DNA of 64,000 nt from an uncultured virus (IMG/VR IMGVR_UViG_3300035145_001531) (taxonomy: Duplodnaviria; Heunggongvirae; Uroviricota; Caudoviricetes), in IMG/VR virus record IMGVR_UViG_3300035145_001531; one strand, given 5' to 3'. Position numbers and translations under genes: made by a program. Shown here one piece after another: positions 46,383 to 56,078 of the stretch. The number at the start of each line of letters is the position of its first letter. Positions within the stretch are counted from its first letter, which is position 1. The notes beneath the pieces are model-generated. The model was not told the origin of the DNA, searched no databases, and saw nothing but the letters and a program-made list of their open reading frames with translations.

Positions 46383-48569
46383 ATGGCAAAATTAAATGAC
46401 TTATTGATTGTCGAAATGTCTTCGTCTCAATTGAGCGTCGCTCAATCAGAGAACAAAGATTATATTCTAGAGGGTATCTTTGGAGAAATTGACTCCAAAA
46501 ATAAAAATAATCGTATCTATACTGAAGATGAGTATGTACCTCAGATTCAGCAACTGCAAGATAAGATTAAATCATCAAAGCTATTAGGTGAGTTAGATCA
46601 CCCACAGCAATTTGATGTTTCCCTAAAGAATGTATCACACATTATCGAAGAACTTTATTACGACAAAGACAACAAACAAGTAAAAGGTAAAATCAGACTT
46701 TTAGATACTGATGCTGGTAGACAAGCTAAAGCTCTTGTTGATGCAGGTGTACCTTTACAAATTTCTTCTAGAGCGGCAGGTGCTGTTGAATCTAATGGTA
46801 AAGTAAAAATCAAGCAATTATTTACTTATGACCTAGTAGCAGATCCTGGTTTCGCTAATGCCGAGTTAAAGAGAGTAAACGAATCTTATGGATTCGATAA
46901 CGAATCAGGTCTATGGATCTATGAAATGAACGGCGAAGGAGAAGTTGCACAAGAAATTACTGAAACCAATATTGAAACAAATAATAATAAAAACATGGCA
47001 GAATTTGTAAAGGCTGAAGATTTCCACAAGTATTCTGAGTACTTAGCTGGTGAAATTAAGTCAATTAAAGAGTCTATCGACGCGAAAAGCGAAGATACTA
47101 CGTTAGAGAACGTAAAGTCTCATAACGACCACATCGTCGAAAGCGTAAATACTCTCTCAGAATACGTAGAGTATTTAGCCGGCAAATTAGACGAGTCAAT
47201 TCAATATACAGAGCATGTTGCTGAGAAAGCTGACCAAGGTATTTCTTACACTGAGACTGTTGCAGAAAAATTAGATCAAGGTATTCAATACTCTGAGCAC
47301 TTAGCTGAAGCTATCGGTAAAGTTAAGGATTTCGCTAATTATTTAGCTGAAGCACACAATGAAGGTACAGATACTGCTAAGAATTTATTATCTTATGTAG
47401 AATACTTAAAAGAAAACCTACAATCTGTTTCTGAGTATGCTGAATATATCGCAACACAAATCAATGAAAATTTAGTAACTGAAGAAGAAACTGAAGAAGT
47501 AGCTGAAGAAGAAGTTGAAGAAACTGAAGAGGCACACCACGAAGAAGTTGAAGAAACTGAAGAAGTAGCTGAAGAAGATGAGGCTGGTGAAGGTGCTGAA
47601 GAAGTAGTTGACGAAGAAGACGAAGCTGGTGAAGGTGCTGAAGAAGTAGTTGACGAAGAAGATGAGGCTGGTGAAGGTGCTGAAGAAGTAGTTGACGAAG
47701 AAGAAGTAGCTGAAGAAGATGAGGCTGGTGAAGGTGCTGAAGAAGTAGTTGACGAAGAAGAAGCTGCAGAAGAAGTTGAAGAAACTGAAGAAGTTACTGA
47801 AGACGATGATGCTGAAGAGCCTGGTCAAGAAAAAGAAGACGCTGAAGATGACATCGAAGAAATTGGTGACAATTCAGAAGAAGGTGATGTAGATCCTAAA
47901 GGTGACATCGGTGAGCCTGCAGAAGAATTAGAAGATGAAACTGTAAAATCAGACGCTGAAGTTGAAGATGAGACTGAAGAGGCTGAACCAGGTGAGTCTG
48001 AAGAAGAGGCTGAAGGTGAAGATGGCGCACACGACCCATTAGAATCTTACAAAAAAGAAATTTCATCTAAATTAGACGCTCTAGTTGAAGCTGCACAGGT
48101 TAAAGAAAATGAAAACCCATCTTTCTTTAAGATTGTATCTGCCACAACTCAAGAGAAATATAACGCTCTAAATGAAGATGCTAAAACTGAAGTTAGACAA
48201 AAGGTTGCTAAGAGAGGTTTCATGACTGAAGCACAAATCAACGCTATCGTTGAAAGCGCAGAAGCAGTAGTTGAATCTAGAAACTCTGAGCCTTTCTTTA
48301 TCACTGCAATGCCTGTAGAGTACAAAGAGAAATTTGAAGCTCTAACTGAAGCAAAACAAAATCAAATCAAAGCTCAAGCTAATTACCATACTCTAAATAC
48401 TGAGTATCAAGTTAGAAACTTCTGGGAAACTAGAGATCTAAGAGAGGTAAAAGTTGACCTAGAAAAATTACAAGCGGTAAACGAATCAGCAGTAAAATCT
48501 GATGAGAAGAAGCCACTTTATGATGTTTCTAACTACGCTGATAGCTTAAAGAAAAGATTTAAAAAGTAA
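46383..48569 (+). CDS. gp21: Prohead protease fused to scaffold/core protein (gp21-gp22 fusion)
   Basis: N.NNRIY, GELDHP, VSH, ISSRAAG, YDLVADPGF, then ~520 aa of coiled-coil/acidic sequence. Confidence 0.9.
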   Translation: MAKLNDLLIVEMSSSQLSVAQSENKDYILEGIFGEIDSKNKNNRIYTEDEYVPQIQQLQDKIKSSKLLGELDHPQQFDVSLKNVSHIIEELYYDKDNKQVKGKIRLLDTDAGRQAKALVDAGVPLQISSRAAGAVESNGKVKIKQLFTYDLVADPGFANAELKRVNESYGFDNESGLWIYEMNGEGEVAQEITETNIETNNNKNMAEFVKAEDFHKYSEYLAGEIKSIKESIDAKSEDTTLENVKSHNDHIVESVNTLSEYVEYLAGKLDESIQYTEHVAEKADQGISYTETVAEKLDQGIQYSEHLAEAIGKVKDFANYLAEAHNEGTDTAKNLLSYVEYLKENLQSVSEYAEYIATQINENLVTEEETEEVAEEEVEETEEAHHEEVEETEEVAEEDEAGEGAEEVVDEEDEAGEGAEEVVDEEDEAGEGAEEVVDEEEVAEEDEAGEGAEEVVDEEEAAEEVEETEEVTEDDDAEEPGQEKEDAEDDIEEIGDNSEEGDVDPKGDIGEPAEELEDETVKSDAEVEDETEEAEPGESEEEAEGEDGAHDPLESYKKEISSKLDALVEAAQVKENENPSFFKIVSATTQEKYNALNEDAKTEVRQKVAKRGFMTEAQINAIVESAEAVVESRNSEPFFITAMPVEYKEKFEALTEAKQNQIKAQANYHTLNTEYQVRNFWETRDLREVKVDLEKLQAVNESAVKSDEKKPLYDVSNYADSLKKRFKK
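47574..47756 (+). repeat. Four 42-bp in-frame repeats (EDEAGEGAEEVVDE)
   Basis: Units at 47574, 47616, 47658 and 47715. Confidence 0.92.
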
Positions 48570-48681
48570 AGATATATAAACAACAATCGACGATATAGGG
48601 TGACAGAAGCAAAACACCCAAGCAAGTCGAGTTCCTAACGGAACATTAATAAAAACCATTGAAAAAAATAAAATCTGAAAA

Positions 48682-50076
48682 ATGGCAAATTTAATTAACG
48701 AAGCTGAGATCAGAAATACTTGGGCTCCTATTATCGAGGAAGCTACTGGTATCAATGAATCAGCAAAACTAGCTTGGATGTCGGAATACTGCCACAATCA
48801 CAAGCTTTATGAAGATGCTAACATCGTATCTCTTAACCCAGGTATGACATTAGCAGGTATGGGTGACACTGCGTTCCCAACATCAACTGCAAACGGTTCT
48901 GGTGATAAAGCTCCAACTTTATTACCATTAGCAATGCAAGTTGCTGCACAAACTATCGGTCTTGATTTAGTACCTGTAGTTCCTATGGCTGGTCCAATGG
49001 GTCTACTTTCTTACCTAGACTTCGTATACGAAGGTGGTACTTTAGGTGGTGCTAAGCCTAACTACGCTGACGGTCGTGTTGCTCCAACTTACATCAAAGC
49101 TACTGCAGGTGCTGTTGTAGCAGATGCTACTTACGCAACTAAGTTAGATCAAAAGTCAAGAATTGACGGTAAAGACATCTGGAAAATCGAAGACGCAGGT
49201 CAAGCTGCTATCGGTGCTGAAGAGTCTTACGTTGACTTATTCACATCTATTTCAGGTGTTGAATTAGTTGCTGCTCTAGAAGACCACATTCCTGGTTTCT
49301 CTGGTGCTAACGATGCAGGCGCGCCAATGTCAAGAGGTTTAGGTGAATCTACTCCTGACAAAGTAATGGGTCTAAGCTTATTCTCTAAGTCAGTTTCTGC
49401 AGAAACTTTCCAAGTTGCTGCTGCTGTAACTAGAGAGCAAGTTCAAGATCTTAAGCAATTCGGTGTTGACGCTGTTGCTCAAGTAGAAGCAGTTTTAACT
49501 AACGAATTGACTCAGTCAATCAACAACCACATCTTAACCAAGATGAGATCTATCGCTGGTGAAAACCTATTCGGTGCTGGTCAGAAATTAGATCTAGATC
49601 TTTCTGCTGGTGAAACTAAAGGTGACGCACACAGAAGAATCTTAACAGCTATCTTAGCTTCTGCGAACTTAATCGCTCAAAGAGGTAGAAGAGGTGCTGG
49701 TAACTTCGCTGTAGTAGGCGGTAAAGTTGCTTCTGCATTACAAGGTGTTGCTGGTTTCGTTGCTTACCCAATGGCTAACACTGTAAACCAAGTTGCTGGT
49801 GCAATCTATCCTTTAGGTTCGATCGCTGGTATCAACGTTTACACTGACCCATCAATCTCTTTCGACTCAGTAGAAGTACTAGTTGGTAGAAAAGGTGACG
49901 GTAACGGTCCAGGTCTTGTATTCATGCCTTACTTAATGGCTGAATCAGTACAAGCTATCGTTGAAGGCACAATGGCTCCTAAAGTAGCTGTTAAGTCTAG
50001 ATACGCTCTAGTTGAAGCTGGTTTCCACCCAGGTACTCAATACGAGAAATTTGAACTAGAAAACTTCAATCTATAA
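48682..50076 (+). CDS. gp23: Major capsid protein
   Basis: DLVPV.PM.GP.G, E..QDLK, RRGAGNF, FMPY, P..AVKSRYAL. Confidence 0.95.
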   Translation: MANLINEAEIRNTWAPIIEEATGINESAKLAWMSEYCHNHKLYEDANIVSLNPGMTLAGMGDTAFPTSTANGSGDKAPTLLPLAMQVAAQTIGLDLVPVVPMAGPMGLLSYLDFVYEGGTLGGAKPNYADGRVAPTYIKATAGAVVADATYATKLDQKSRIDGKDIWKIEDAGQAAIGAEESYVDLFTSISGVELVAALEDHIPGFSGANDAGAPMSRGLGESTPDKVMGLSLFSKSVSAETFQVAAAVTREQVQDLKQFGVDAVAQVEAVLTNELTQSINNHILTKMRSIAGENLFGAGQKLDLDLSAGETKGDAHRRILTAILASANLIAQRGRRGAGNFAVVGGKVASALQGVAGFVAYPMANTVNQVAGAIYPLGSIAGINVYTDPSISFDSVEVLVGRKGDGNGPGLVFMPYLMAESVQAIVEGTMAPKVAVKSRYALVEAGFHPGTQYEKFELENFNL

Positions 50077-50100
50077 TCTTAAGATTTATAGAAGTTCATA

Positions 50101-50134
50101 AAAAAGGCCCTCATTCGAGGGCCTTTTCTTTTTT
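50101..50134 (+). terminator. Intrinsic terminator after gp23
   Basis: AAAAGGCCCTC-attc-GAGGGCCTTTT + T-run. Confidence 0.85.
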
Positions 50135-50182
50135 ACCAGCAAATCTAGATATATAAATCATAAGAAACATAAATTGATTAAT

Positions 50183-51253
50183 ATGCTTAATACAAATAAA
50201 ATCAAATTGTTTGAAGAATTTTCAGCTGGTGAAATCACTAGACCTGAACAAAATGTAGCTCCCGCTGCTAAAACACAAACAGATTCGATCGCAGTTGACA
50301 AGACTGATGGTGCTCAAATTAGAGCAGAGATTATCAAAGACGTTGATGCTATTTTAACTAATCTAGAAACTCTATCAACTAGAATCCAAGAAAATCTTAA
50401 TGGACTTAAAGCAGATGTTGAGGCTGGCGTAGCTGACGAAGACATCCTAGAAGCCCTTGTAACTATTAACGAAGCCGGCGAAATGAGCAAAAAGCTAATG
50501 GATATTATCTGGTATAAGCCAAAGGCTAAAAAGGCCATGGATAAAGTTAATAAGATCAAACAAAATGCAGTTGCTATCGATATAGCTGCAAAAGGACTAG
50601 ACGGTAGTGATGATAAAGAAAAGGCTAAGAAAGATGCTTTAAAATTAAAGGCAGATTCTGCTAAGAAGAAAGCTGATGATTTAGAAAAGGCAGTTAGAGA
50701 CAAATTCTCAGATAGAAGTGAAGTTGTAAAAAAGGCTATCGCTAACAAAGATATTGAAGGTAGATTAGATGCTATCAAACAAGAGACCGGTATGTCTGAT
50801 GACCCAAAGAAAAAAGCAGAGCTTAAAAACCAAATGGGTGAACTACAAACTCAATTAAAGAAAGAGGAAGACGCTATTAAGCAAATTGAGAAAGACGTTG
50901 ATCCTGCTGAAGTTGATAATGCAAAACAAGAAATGAAAGATCATCAAGAGGCTATTAAAGCTTTAAAGAAAGATGGCTGGAAAGATGGTGGACTTCCAAA
51001 AGATAAAGAGGGTGAAACCAAAACGATGACTGGACCTGATGGCGATAAGCAAATATTCCATAAAGTAGGAAAGGCTCCAGCTGGTAAAGGCTCTCCATCC
51101 GGTTCCGGAGCAAATGAATCTATTGTTAAAGATGGTTCAGGTAGAACTAAAGCAGAAAAGATTAATTTAGATACTTTAGAAGAAAAACAAGATCCAATTA
51201 TTTATGAAGGTATGAGTATTTCTGATAAATTTAAAGCTTTAATGAATAGGTAA
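50183..51253 (+). CDS. Lys-rich coiled-coil putative internal head protein
   Basis: KIKLFEEF leader; INE/ANE/IYE sites; late promoter at 50148. Confidence 0.55.
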   Translation: MLNTNKIKLFEEFSAGEITRPEQNVAPAAKTQTDSIAVDKTDGAQIRAEIIKDVDAILTNLETLSTRIQENLNGLKADVEAGVADEDILEALVTINEAGEMSKKLMDIIWYKPKAKKAMDKVNKIKQNAVAIDIAAKGLDGSDDKEKAKKDALKLKADSAKKKADDLEKAVRDKFSDRSEVVKKAIANKDIEGRLDAIKQETGMSDDPKKKAELKNQMGELQTQLKKEEDAIKQIEKDVDPAEVDNAKQEMKDHQEAIKALKKDGWKDGGLPKDKEGETKTMTGPDGDKQIFHKVGKAPAGKGSPSGSGANESIVKDGSGRTKAEKINLDTLEEKQDPIIYEGMSISDKFKALMNR

Positions 51254-51274
51254 TATCAGAATATAGATATAATG

Positions 51275-51302
51275 AAAAACCCCACTTTCGTGGGGTTTTT
51301 TT
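51275..51302. terminator. Bidirectional intrinsic terminator between convergent genes
   Basis: AAAAACCCCAC-tttc-GTGGGGTTTTT. Confidence 0.85.
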
Positions 51303-51921
51303 ATTTCCAAGACCAAAGTCTATTTTCTTCTGAATCATGTATGACTATAGTTTTATCAGTCATCTTAGTATCGTAAAAATATCTATAATCAAATAAACAT
51401 ACATCTGGACCAATTGATTTAAACATTTGTTCTGATAATGCTTTTCCACCCCATGCCCAGTCTATATCTTCGTATATTGAAAGACATGAGTTTATCATTC
51501 TAGAATTAGGAGCTGCTCCTAATACAGTACAGTCTATTAAGGCGGTTTCATTACCATCTTGACCTACAGGCCTAACTCCACCAAAGAAAGTAGTTTGGTT
51601 ATGTAGTTCTTTTAGAATATGATTAAATGATTTTACTGGATTTGCATCGGCATCAATATAAACTCCTCCAAAATCTCTAAGTAAAAGTAGCCTGGTTCTA
51701 TCAGCAACATGCGCCGGTTTAAAATGAATACCTATATCTTTTTTCCAATCTTGTAGAAAAACATCATCTTTGTATTGTTCTTCAAAAACTTCTTTATTAG
51801 TCCATAGATTATACTCCCAGTCTGGGTGCAGTTCTTTGACTCTGCGCATAAATTTTACGCATTTCTCCGGGATTGGTTTGTCTCCAATCCAAATCTGATG
51901 TATTATCTTTGGAATACTCAC
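51301..51921 (-). CDS. GT32/OCH1-like DXD glycosyltransferase
   Basis: IPKIIHQIW, HPDWEY.LW, AD..R..LL...GGVYIDAD. Confidence 0.88.
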   Translation of the reverse strand: MSIPKIIHQIWIGDKPIPEKCVKFMRRVKELHPDWEYNLWTNKEVFEEQYKDDVFLQDWKKDIGIHFKPAHVADRTRLLLLRDFGGVYIDADANPVKSFNHILKELHNQTTFFGGVRPVGQDGNETALIDCTVLGAAPNSRMINSCLSIYEDIDWAWGGKALSEQMFKSIGPDVCLFDYRYFYDTKMTDKTIVIHDSEENRLWSWK

Positions 51922-51924
51922 GAT

Positions 51925-52419
51925 TTATATATCTAACCTTTTTCTAGCGTTCTTTTTAGCAAGTTTAAGAAACTCTTCTCGTTCTGCTAGCAGAAGTTTT
52001 TTGCATTTTTTGCGAAAGTCAACTGAGGATTTAAGTATACGACTATCCACCATAGGTGCCTTTAAAACATCATAGTATTCTGGATGCACGAAGTTCTCCA
52101 GGTCAAAATTCATAAACTTAGCCTTGATCGGTTTAAGTGAAATGGCACAATACCAATCCACCGTATTATAGGAACGTTCTAGGCCTTTCTCGTCTAATGC
52201 TCTATCATTAATTACGTCCCAATAAATTTTAGTGCTTGTCGTTGAATTAGGTCTTTGCATTCTTAAAACACACTCCATGAACTGGTCATCATCAGACCAT
52301 TTAGCAAGATTCCTGTGAGTAATTAGAAACTTTCTTAAGAATCTAGGTAAATGCTTTAGAATAATGCCATAGCGATTAGCTGGCCAAGGGCCTCCTGTCT
52401 TTTCAATGCGTATACTCAT
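51925..52419 (-). CDS. Hypothetical basic protein
   Basis: 164-aa ORF preceded by the variant GATAAATA (52426-52433, minus strand). Confidence 0.65.
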   Translation of the reverse strand: MSIRIEKTGGPWPANRYGIILKHLPRFLRKFLITHRNLAKWSDDDQFMECVLRMQRPNSTTSTKIYWDVINDRALDEKGLERSYNTVDWYCAISLKPIKAKFMNFDLENFVHPEYYDVLKAPMVDSRILKSSVDFRKKCKKLLLAEREEFLKLAKKNARKRLDI

Positions 52420-52482
52420 ATAGTATATTTATCGATGAAACTTTTAGGCCACTTAGTACTATAATAACTAAACTCAAGTTGT

Positions 52483-53439
52483 ATGCAATCAATAAATCAA
52501 CTCTTTACCGAAAAGTATCGGCCTAAAAATTTAGAAGAACTTATTTTACCTGACACGGTCATGAATAAGTTTAAAGACGGACTAGTACAGAATATGCTAT
52601 TTGCTGGCTCACCAGGAACAGGTAAGACCTCTACTGCTAAAGCCGTAGTAAATCAGTTTGGATTACCTTATCTGTACATCAACGCGTCCACAGATACCTC
52701 AGTCGAGGTGATTAGAACTAGAATTATAGACTTTTGTTCAACAGTCTCTATTATGGATAAACCAGGCACATTTAAAGTGGTAATTCTTGATGAGGTTGAT
52801 GGAGTATCAGACCAATTCTTCAAGGCTTTGCGTGCTACAATGGAACAATTTGCATCTAATTCTAGATTCATTGCCACATGTAATTATATCAATAAACTAC
52901 CAGACCCAATCCTAAGTCGATTCGAAGTTATTAACTTTGACTTTGATAAAGAAGAAGAGTCTGAATTGACTAAGAAATATATTCGCAGAGTTTATGAGAT
53001 CTGTAAACAAGAGGGAATGTCAATTGAGAAAGATGCTCTTGTAGAATTTGTTAGACGTAACTTCCCAGATCTAAGATCTACTTTAAATAAGTTACAAGGA
53101 TTTAAGACTCAGGGCACTACAAATATTACAGTGGGCGATGTGAAGAAGTTTAACTCTGTCTATAAAGATGTATTTGAGTTAATCTTTAATGAGACTGATC
53201 CTGCTAAGAATTATCAGCTATTAGTAAGTAATTACTCTAATCGTGTTGATGATATTTTACAAACGCTAGGTGAAGAGTTTATCGAATATATAAACCAAGA
53301 ACAATTGCAAAGTGTGAAGCATATCCCACAGATCATTATTTCTGTAGCTAAACACCAATCGCAAAGAGTTCATGTGATAGATCCCGTAATTACAATGTTG
53401 AGTTGCGTGTACGAAATACAAGGCATAATTAGAGGCTAA
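52483..53439 (+). CDS. gp44: Clamp loader large subunit (AAA+)
   Basis: EKYRP, GSPGTGKT, ILDEVD, ATCN, LSRF, PDLR. Confidence 0.93.
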   Translation: MQSINQLFTEKYRPKNLEELILPDTVMNKFKDGLVQNMLFAGSPGTGKTSTAKAVVNQFGLPYLYINASTDTSVEVIRTRIIDFCSTVSIMDKPGTFKVVILDEVDGVSDQFFKALRATMEQFASNSRFIATCNYINKLPDPILSRFEVINFDFDKEEESELTKKYIRRVYEICKQEGMSIEKDALVEFVRRNFPDLRSTLNKLQGFKTQGTTNITVGDVKKFNSVYKDVFELIFNETDPAKNYQLLVSNYSNRVDDILQTLGEEFIEYINQEQLQSVKHIPQIIISVAKHQSQRVHVIDPVITMLSCVYEIQGIIRG

Positions 53440-53460
53440 AAATGTGTTAAATAATTTTTC

Positions 53461-53488
53461 TATGTCAGATATTTTTATTATATTTGTA
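53461..53488 (+). promoter_or_regulatory. Putative early promoter (third family member)
   Basis: TATGTCAG...TTTTTATTATATTTGTA; TATATTTG (53479-53486) is a perfect TAnnTTTG. Confidence 0.65.
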
Positions 53489-53516
53489 TAGGAAGCATAA
53501 GAAATATAAGAAAGAT

Positions 53517-54788
53517 ATGAAAGTGGGAAAACATACATTACTAATCGACGGCAATTACTTTGTCTTCAGTAGATTATTTGTCTTACCTAAACCTAAAAGA
53601 GGCAAGCTATTAGAAGACGATAAACAAAGAGCGCAGTTTATGCGTAAGTTGGCCATTGACTTTGCATCAGAGATGCGTAAGTTAAAAATGTTTGTAGACG
53701 ACGTGGTCTTGGCCGTAGATTCCAAGTCATGGCGTAAAGACCTATTTCCAGCATCAGACTATAAAGGTACTAGAAAACAAAACAATAACGTAGACTGGCC
53801 ATCAGTCTATGCTGTTTATGAAGAGTTCCAAAAAGTTGTTGCTGCGAAAGGTGTTACTGTACACCAAATCCAGGGTGCAGAAGCAGATGATGTAATTTTT
53901 GGTTGGTCCACAATGCTTAACGCTCGTGGTAAATCATGCATTGTTTGGTCAGGCGATAGAGACTTAATTCAATTAGTTAATTACTCAGAGACTAATGATG
54001 CGCATACAGTTTGGTACTACAATACTAAAAAGACGCTTTATGCGTATAATGGATTTGTTGCGGATATGGAAAGATCAGCAACTGAAGATATGTCACAAGA
54101 TGACTTAATGTTTAATATGGGCGGCCAGTCTATGTTACGCGATAACTACCAAAGAGACATCATGGAATGGGTTGCTGCTAATAAAATTAGTGTAACCGAA
54201 GTTGATTGTGATGAATTTATCTTTAAAAAGATTCTAGTAGGTGATAAGTCTGATAACATACCGTCAGTAGTAACTTGGCAAAAAGAAATGAAAGGCGGTA
54301 AGTTACGTAATTATTCAATTACTGATAAGACAGCAGAAACCATTTGGAATCAGTATATTAAAGAATACAATGGATTTACTATCGACTTCTTATTCTCTTC
54401 AGAAGCTAAAGATATTTTATCAGATATTATTTACAGAGTAGTCGGTCAAACTTCAACAACACTGATTAAGACTAATCTAACTAGTAATATTGCCCTTATG
54501 TTGTTACATAATAAAACAATTCCAGATCCAATTCAAAAGGCTATTTATGAAGCTATTGAAAGAGATTGGGAGGGTGCAATTGAGTCTAAAGAATCTATCA
54601 TGGAAATGGATAGAATTTTAGAGGGTACTGACTGGTTAGACGGTGCTAAGAAGGCCAATTTTGCACCGGATCCATTTGCAGGTATGGATATTCCAGAAGA
54701 GAAGGAGGCAGCTCCTAAAATGAAGTTAGTTGGAAAGAAAACTCAAACTAAGACGGAAACTAAAGATAAAACTAAGAAATTGTTTTAA
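53517..54788 (+). CDS. rnh: RNase H / 5'-3' flap exonuclease
   Basis: LLIDGN, SWRK, YKGTR, EADD, SGDRDLIQL, GDKSDNIP. Confidence 0.9.
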   Translation: MKVGKHTLLIDGNYFVFSRLFVLPKPKRGKLLEDDKQRAQFMRKLAIDFASEMRKLKMFVDDVVLAVDSKSWRKDLFPASDYKGTRKQNNNVDWPSVYAVYEEFQKVVAAKGVTVHQIQGAEADDVIFGWSTMLNARGKSCIVWSGDRDLIQLVNYSETNDAHTVWYYNTKKTLYAYNGFVADMERSATEDMSQDDLMFNMGGQSMLRDNYQRDIMEWVAANKISVTEVDCDEFIFKKILVGDKSDNIPSVVTWQKEMKGGKLRNYSITDKTAETIWNQYIKEYNGFTIDFLFSSEAKDILSDIIYRVVGQTSTTLIKTNLTSNIALMLLHNKTIPDPIQKAIYEAIERDWEGAIESKESIMEMDRILEGTDWLDGAKKANFAPDPFAGMDIPEEKEAAPKMKLVGKKTQTKTETKDKTKKLF

Positions 54789-54793
54789 CAGAT

Positions 54794-54952
54794 ATGACCC
54801 TAGAAGAACACTTATACGTTGAAGAAGTATTAACAGAGGCCAACGCGTACGGACTAAAGTCGGAAGTTCAAGAAAGTGCAAACAAATTCTTGAAAGAGGG
54901 TTATGGCTACCAGGACGCTTATGCTCTAGCTTTCGCTGAGTGGGTTAAGTAA
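54794..54952 (+). CDS. Small hypothetical protein (52 aa; not in the ORF track)
   Basis: MTLEEHLYVEEVLTEANAYGL...AFAEWVK fills the gap exactly. Confidence 0.6.
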   Translation: MTLEEHLYVEEVLTEANAYGLKSEVQESANKFLKEGYGYQDAYALAFAEWVK

Positions 54953-54981
54953 ACTTTCCACGTTATTAACATATAATAAAC

Positions 54982-55410
54982 ATGCTAGACGAAACGAAGT
55001 TATTTGACTTTGTGAAAATTATGTTCACAAAGCGAGACCAATACAGTAAACTAAAAAATCACACAAAGAAGAGGCATCATTTTATGATTAACCGTTTCTT
55101 TGCTATTAAATATCCATCAAATGCACAGCTATTTAATATTAATGGTATTAATGGCGGTAATGTAGTAGAATGTTGGGCTACTGTTGCATCTAGGTTTAAA
55201 TCTGTTCCGGGCTGGTTTTATACTAAAACTAAAAAGGCCGCTAAAAATGTGGCCGATAAATATACTCCAAGCGAACAGGCTTTGCAGATCTATATGGATC
55301 GAAACGAAATTGGCCATCGAGAAATTGAAGAGCTAAAGCAATTTGCAAAAGACGCGCTGTTTGCTGATTTACAAAAAATAGAGCAACAGATAGACGTCTA
55401 TGCAAAATAA
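54982..55410 (+). CDS. gp62: Clamp loader small subunit-like
   Basis: LFDFVK.M...FMINRFFA; size and proximity to gp44. Confidence 0.6.
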   Translation: MLDETKLFDFVKIMFTKRDQYSKLKNHTKKRHHFMINRFFAIKYPSNAQLFNINGINGGNVVECWATVASRFKSVPGWFYTKTKKAAKNVADKYTPSEQALQIYMDRNEIGHREIEELKQFAKDALFADLQKIEQQIDVYAK

Positions 55411-56047
55411 GGGAGATACATTTACTGAGATTATAGACATTACGCTCTATAAGTATAACTCTATTGATTTAAAGATCTGGGGCATTATTAATCGTGACTC
55501 TAAGACTAGAAAAACCGGAGACAGTAGTATGCTGGTTTCAAAAGATCGATTACTAGAATATCTAAAGGTAGCGTTTGGTTCAGATATTAATAGATTTAAT
55601 GCAGTTTCGGATGTAAATATTCATAAAGAAGCGACTTCAATTTACTTTATCTGGCAGATCTTTAAAAGCATGCCAAATTTAAGGTATGTTAGAGTAAATT
55701 TAAATACAAACTCTAGCTATAATAGAATTGTTAGCGTCGATCAGGTAAAGACCATTAAATATGATATTAAAATCATAAGAGGCTCTGTTAGAATGTTTGA
55801 CATATTCAATGAACATGAGTTAAGACTTGCTAATAACGTTCTATTAAAGGCGGGTTTAATTAAGCATGGTGAGAAATTTAAATCATTTAAACTTATGGAC
55901 TTTTTAAGTGCCCTAGACCTTTATCAGGCTGAAAATAATACAGTTGAGGTATTAGGAGTTACTAATGCATTTATCCATGAATTAGAGCAACACGAGCAGG
56001 ATAATCCAGAAATGCTCTTAATCACCGACTGGGAGTCAGATATATAA
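55400..56047 (+). CDS. Hypothetical protein
   Basis: 215-aa ORF; its last codons (GAT ATA TAA) form the next late promoter. Confidence 0.65.
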   Translation: MQNKGDTFTEIIDITLYKYNSIDLKIWGIINRDSKTRKTGDSSMLVSKDRLLEYLKVAFGSDINRFNAVSDVNIHKEATSIYFIWQIFKSMPNLRYVRVNLNTNSSYNRIVSVDQVKTIKYDIKIIRGSVRMFDIFNEHELRLANNVLLKAGLIKHGEKFKSFKLMDFLSALDLYQAENNTVEVLGVTNAFIHELEQHEQDNPEMLLITDWESDI

Positions 56048-56078
56048 TAAAAAATAGAGGCATTGACCCCTTCAATTA

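Noticed and set aside
47472..47828. Phe-rich repetitive minus-strand ORF and possible CRISPR-like array
   Set aside because: It is the antisense shadow of the Glu-rich scaffold repeats; units are in-frame and have no unique spacers.
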